Shown piece after piece: positions 60,621 to 64,000 of a DNA stretch of 64,000 nucleotides. Position numbers and translations under genes: made by a program. The notes under the pieces were generated by a model. That model ran no database searches. It saw nothing but the letters and a program-made list of their open reading frames with translations, and was not told where the DNA came from. Position 1 is the first letter of the stretch; each line of letters starts with the position of its first letter. Source of the stretch: a virus; the IMG/VR virus record IMGVR_UViG_3300028197_001049, positions 14,805 to 78,804 of that record; one strand, written 5' to 3'.

Positions 60621-62246
60621 ATGAATTCCACAGATCGGATTGTTATAGTTGGTGGTGGAACTGCTGGATGGTTCTCTGCGGTTACGTTGAACAAATATTT
60701 CCCAAATAAAAACATTACTTGTATTGAAAGTAAAAATGTTCCAAGAGTCGGAGTTGGAGAAAGTACACTAGAACATTTTACATACTGGCTTCATGCCATG
60801 GGTATTCCAAAGTCCGATTTATACAAACATGCTGATGCATCAGTTAAGTTAAGTCTTGGATTTACTGATTTCTATAAAAAAGATTCTGGAACGTTCCACT
60901 ATCCATTTGGTCATGCACATAAACCAGAAAGTTTGTATGGTGAACATGGATTGGATGTATGGCAATATAAAAAAATACTATATCCCGAGACTCCTGTACA
61001 AGATTATGCAGATAGTTTCTGGTCACAAATGGCACTTGTCCATAAGAACAGATACCATCCAGGCAATGACAATATTTTTAAGAATTTTAAATGGGAGCGT
61101 AATAGTGCATTCCACTTTGATGCAATTAAATTTGCTAACTTTTTACGAGATAATGTTGCAATACCTAGAGGGGTCACTCATATCCCTGCTACCGTCGTTA
61201 AAGTCAATGTCAATGAAGATGGAATTGAAAATGTTGTCCTAGATGATGGTACGATTGTTGAAGGTGATCTGTATATTGATTGTACCGGATGGAAATCTAT
61301 CCTGATGAATGAACTTGATAATGAGTTTATTGATTACGGTCATCTGATTCCTAACAATCGTGCATGGGCAACTAAGATTCCATATACTGATAAACGTATT
61401 GAAATGCAACCATGGACTAATGCAACTGCTCTTGGTAATGGTTGGTGTTGGAATATCCCCTGTTACTCTCGTATCGGTACAGGATATGTCTATTCCGATA
61501 AGTACACTACGCCAGAGGCTGCGCTAGATGAGTTTAAAACGTACTTACGCTCTGACAAGATGGCATACCCCTCAGAGCTCCGCTCGGTAGAAGACTTTGA
61601 ATATAAAGATATCAGCATGAGAATCGGTATCCACCATGAACCCTGGAAACAAAACTGTGTGGCAATTGGACTCGCTGCAGGATTCATTGAACCCTTAGAG
61701 TCAACTGGATTGTTCACTACTCATGAGTTTATTATGAAACTTGCTGAGGTCCTTCAACCTGACCATGGATATAATAGACTTGATATTAATCATTATAACC
61801 AAATGGTCCGAGGTGACTTTGATGGTCTCTGTAAATTTGTATCATGTCATTATGCATACTCTCGTAGAGATGATACTCAATACTGGAAAGATATTCGTAA
61901 CCGTGACTATAATGGGTCGCAAACGCCCGTAGGGGCAAATACCATGCCTGTCAATTATGGCGAAGACTATTTCACAAAGGAGACACTCAAACTCGCATAC
62001 TATAAAGGTAATCTGAAAGATACCTCTGGTACTTCTGCTATTATGGTGGGGTGCGAAACTACTGCTCTTAAACAGGTGAGTTGGGATCGTCTAGTATATT
62101 ATAATATTCTCAAAGGTCCGAAGTATTGGAAAGCTTTCTTAGAACATATCGGACCTAGGCAGCAAGCACTCAAAGATAAGTGGAATGATGCTGCCGACAA
62201 ATCACCTTATATCTGTGATTGGATTAGAGACACTTACCACTCTTAG
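60621..62246 (+). CDS. prnA: Flavin-dependent (tryptophan halogenase family) halogenase
   Basis: GGGTAGW FAD motif, GVGEST, catalytic Lys in ASVKLSLGF, FHFDA, WCWNIP (WxWxIP), FIEPLESTG. Confidence 0.92.
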   Translation: MNSTDRIVIVGGGTAGWFSAVTLNKYFPNKNITCIESKNVPRVGVGESTLEHFTYWLHAMGIPKSDLYKHADASVKLSLGFTDFYKKDSGTFHYPFGHAHKPESLYGEHGLDVWQYKKILYPETPVQDYADSFWSQMALVHKNRYHPGNDNIFKNFKWERNSAFHFDAIKFANFLRDNVAIPRGVTHIPATVVKVNVNEDGIENVVLDDGTIVEGDLYIDCTGWKSILMNELDNEFIDYGHLIPNNRAWATKIPYTDKRIEMQPWTNATALGNGWCWNIPCYSRIGTGYVYSDKYTTPEAALDEFKTYLRSDKMAYPSELRSVEDFEYKDISMRIGIHHEPWKQNCVAIGLAAGFIEPLESTGLFTTHEFIMKLAEVLQPDHGYNRLDINHYNQMVRGDFDGLCKFVSCHYAYSRRDDTQYWKDIRNRDYNGSQTPVGANTMPVNYGEDYFTKETLKLAYYKGNLKDTSGTSAIMVGCETTALKQVSWDRLVYYNILKGPKYWKAFLEHIGPRQQALKDKWNDAADKSPYICDWIRDTYHS

Positions 62247-62365
62247 AATTTTTTCGGAAAATTTTTTTATATAAACAGAGATTCTTTCGGTCGTTTGGGA
62301 ACCTTTGTAGGTTAGGGTAGTAAGGCGTTTTTCATTTAACCCCCCTTAGGGGGTGTCATACTGTG

Positions 62366-62551
62366 CTAGACTGCAGCAAGTTTGCGCTTGATCTGTCGCT
62401 CTACCTGTCGGATGGCGTTGATGTCTGACGGTGTGCTGCTGGTGGTGATCATCACCCGCTCGGCATTCCTCCAGACTAGGTGCTTGCTCTCACGCTCTAG
62501 GGCGAACCCATAAGATTTCATGAGAATGGTGAGGGATTTTCTGTGCTTCAT
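62366..62551 (-). CDS. HicA-like (dsRBD-fold) small protein
   Basis: LMKSYGF.LERESKHLVWRN.....ITTSSTPSD matches the HicA pattern, with a His at the start of beta-2. Confidence 0.6.
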   Translation of the reverse strand: MKHRKSLTILMKSYGFALERESKHLVWRNAERVMITTSSTPSDINAIRQVERQIKRKLAAV

Positions 62552-62554
62552 GTT

Positions 62555-62716
62555 TCAGTCCTCAAAGGTGGGGATGGCGGCAATCGCCTCATCATGCCAG
62601 ATCTCTGCCATCTGTCCAGCGATAGCGAAGGAAGGCGAACCGATCGGATGTCCTCCCTCTGCTGTGCCGTTGTTCAGTGTCCAGACGATGCGTCGTGTCT
62701 GAATCTCGGTGCTCAT
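62555..62716 (-). CDS. 53-aa early hypothetical protein (not in track)
   Basis: MSTEIQTRRIVWTLNNGTAEGGHPIGSPSFAIAGQMAEIWHDEAIAAIPTFED*. Confidence 0.6.
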   Translation of the reverse strand: MSTEIQTRRIVWTLNNGTAEGGHPIGSPSFAIAGQMAEIWHDEAIAAIPTFED

Positions 62717-62764
62717 GCTGTACATAGAAAGATAGCGAAGGGGTCAGGGTGTGGGCGTGTGCCC

Positions 62765-62986
62765 TTAGAGTTCTGCAAGCATGGCGTCCATCTCGTCGGT
62801 GTCTATGTCGTCATGCAACCATGCCACGCCGTCGCCTGTGATGTACTCGCCAAACTCATCAATGAATCGCTTTGCCCACTTGCGATAGCCGAGGTTCTTA
62901 TTCTCCTTAGCGTGACGGTAGATCGTCTCATCGTTACCGATCCAGAGGGAAGCGTTCCAGGTTTCGTAGTTTGTCCAACCGTTCAT
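62765..62986 (-). CDS. Early hypothetical protein (NGWTNYETW family)
   Basis: MNGWTNYETWNASLWIGNDE; start set at the ATG after the AGGA RBS and promoter. Confidence 0.8.
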   Translation of the reverse strand: MNGWTNYETWNASLWIGNDETIYRHAKENKNLGYRKWAKRFIDEFGEYITGDGVAWLHDDIDTDEMDAMLAEL

Positions 62987-63012
62987 GATGTCCTGTGCGT
63001 TTGTTCTTTTAA

Positions 63013-63071
63013 AGTCTAGTCGGTCTGTGCCTAGTGGCGGTCGCTGATGTGCCAGGTCGTCCACTGTCCAC
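63013..63071 (-). promoter_or_regulatory. Early promoter element, copy 1
   Basis: GTGGAC-N12-GGCACA, then 29 nt, then -10 TAGACT. Confidence 0.65.
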
Positions 63072-63204
63072 CTGGCTCAAGTCCTGCTCTGATGCGTTGG
63101 CGTCTCTCTGTCTCTGCCATGTGCTGGCGTTGGATGTTCTCCATGACCTTTGTCATCAGAGGGGAGGGGTTCTCGCTGTGCATAAAGATTCCAGTGCGTT
63201 GCAT
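63031..63204 (-). CDS. 57-aa early hypothetical protein (not in track)
   Basis: MQRTGIFMHSENPSPLMTKVMENIQRQHMAETERRQRIRAGLEPGGQWTTWHISDRH*; starts 2 nt after the upstream stop. Confidence 0.6.
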   Translation of the reverse strand: MQRTGIFMHSENPSPLMTKVMENIQRQHMAETERRQRIRAGLEPGGQWTTWHISDRH

Positions 63205-63206
63205 GA

Positions 63207-63482
63207 TCAGTTAAAACGAACGGAGTGAATACGGTTGAGAGGATTGGTGCCCTTGATGGCGTAGTCTTTCCACTGTGCATGAGTGTTGACCCAACGTCCA
63301 AGGGAACGATCAGAATCCAGCATCAGGGCGAGGATCTTACGGCGTGATACCTTGGTGCAGCGATACTCACAGCTCTCATAATTCTCGCGAGACTTCCAGG
63401 TGACACGAGCGGTGCCCGTGATAGGATTGACTTTGAGACTGTCAACTGAACTTGACTGATCGGAGTTGATTGTGAAGCGCAT
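63207..63482 (-). CDS. Early hypothetical protein
   Basis: SSSVDSLKVNPITGTARV.W...Y....VSRR.IL.L......SLG.WVN; directly after a promoter element. Confidence 0.75.
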   Translation of the reverse strand: MRFTINSDQSSSVDSLKVNPITGTARVTWKSRENYESCEYRCTKVSRRKILALMLDSDRSLGRWVNTHAQWKDYAIKGTNPLNRIHSVRFN

Positions 63483-63506
63483 GGTTCGGTTCGTTTGTTC
63501 TTTTAA

Positions 63507-63566
63507 ATTCTAGTCGGTCACCCTAGGGATCTAGGGTTGCTGTGTGACGGTTCGTCCCCTGTCACA
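63507..63566 (-). promoter_or_regulatory. Early promoter element, copy 2
   Basis: TGTGAC-N12-GTCACA, then 30 nt, then -10 TAGAAT. Confidence 0.7.
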
Positions 63567-63756
63567 CACCCATGGGATAGTATCCGAAACGATTCCATCC
63601 CTGAGGATAGGACTTAGACCAGTTGATCAACATGAGGCACAGATCGTGATCAGAGGAGCGGTGATACAACTCTACCAACCAGAGGGGTGCTTCAGTCTGA
63701 TCGTTCTTCTCACAGAACATGGAGATCAGTGATGAGATTGCTTTTGATCGTGTCAT
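63562..63756 (-). CDS. Early hypothetical protein
   Basis: 64-aa ORF after a promoter element. Confidence 0.6.
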   Translation of the reverse strand: MTRSKAISSLISMFCEKNDQTEAPLWLVELYHRSSDHDLCLMLINWSKSYPQGWNRFGYYPMGV

Positions 63757-63779
63757 GGTGTGGTTCGCTTGATGTCCTT

Positions 63780-63838
63780 ATTATAGGGGCTGTGAGAGGC
63801 GATGATAGGTCATGTGTGACACTAGGCAGATCGTCCAC
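63780..63838 (-). promoter_or_regulatory. Early promoter element, copy 3
   Basis: GTGGAC-N12-GTCACA, then 29 nt, then -10 TATAAT. Confidence 0.7.
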
Positions 63839-63858
63839 AGGCAGCCGACCGGTTAGTG

Positions 63859-64000
63859 TTACTTAACCTCACCGAGTTCTGTATCAATAGCATCAACAAT
63901 TGACTGATAGATGAAATCGTAGTCTTGCAGGTTGACTAACACATCCTCACAAACTTCTTTGGATTGTTGTACTTCATCACCCTCATCATCATACTTTACA
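63859..64000 (-). CDS. Partial acidic hypothetical protein (runs off window end)
   Basis: ...VKYDDEGDEVQQSKEVCEDVLVNLQDYDFIYQSIVDAIDTELGEVK*. Confidence 0.6.
   Translation of the reverse strand, partial: VKYDDEGDEVQQSKEVCEDVLVNLQDYDFIYQSIVDAIDTELGEVK

Noticed and set aside
62520-63301. Track ORFs 62520-62702 (+), 62543-63019 (+), 63034-63228 (+) and 63077-63301 (-)
   Set aside because: Antisense or off-frame shadows of tightly packed minus-strand early genes; higher GC lowers stop frequency here.
1-64000. tRNA, rRNA, CRISPR array, integrase/transposase, intron or intein
   Set aside because: None recognised by eye. Intergenic gaps are short, and g17, g18, g19 and the visible part of g20 are uninterrupted. 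A tRNAscan/Infernal run would be needed to exclude small RNAs fully.

Overview
This window is 64 kb of a T4-like cyanomyophage genome (Kyanoviridae-type; host probably marine Synechococcus or Prochlorococcus, inferred from cpeT and the gene order). About 60 kb is the minus-strand late structural cluster. In transcription order it runs: glutaredoxin, gp5.1-like, PAAR, a Gly-rich/Ig protein, gp25, gp6, a 3527-aa gp7, gp8, VrlC-like protein, a tail fibre with a Gly-rich adhesin, large repeat-rich virion proteins, gp13-gp17, cpeT, gp18, gp19 and partial gp20. (T)ATAAATA late promoters punctuate it. Two + strand inserts interrupt it: a 2OG-Fe(II) oxygenase-like island at 10.9-13.0 kb and a flavin-dependent halogenase at 60.6-62.2 kb. 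From about 62.3 kb the sequence becomes GC-richer and holds small early genes with a repeated palindromic promoter element. The strongest candidate for a new system is an insert of about 1000 aa in baseplate protein gp7. It is built from nested domains, three of which resemble phycobiliprotein (globin-like) subunits and keep both a Cys84-type (KCKRD) and a Cys155-type (CADV.S.I) cysteine. A CpeT/CpcT bilin lyase is translationally coupled to the late terminase gene. Together these suggest (inference) a bilin-decorated, possibly light-responsive virion. A type-1-copper-like site in another virion protein points the same way. All protein calls come from visual motif recognition; no database search was run.
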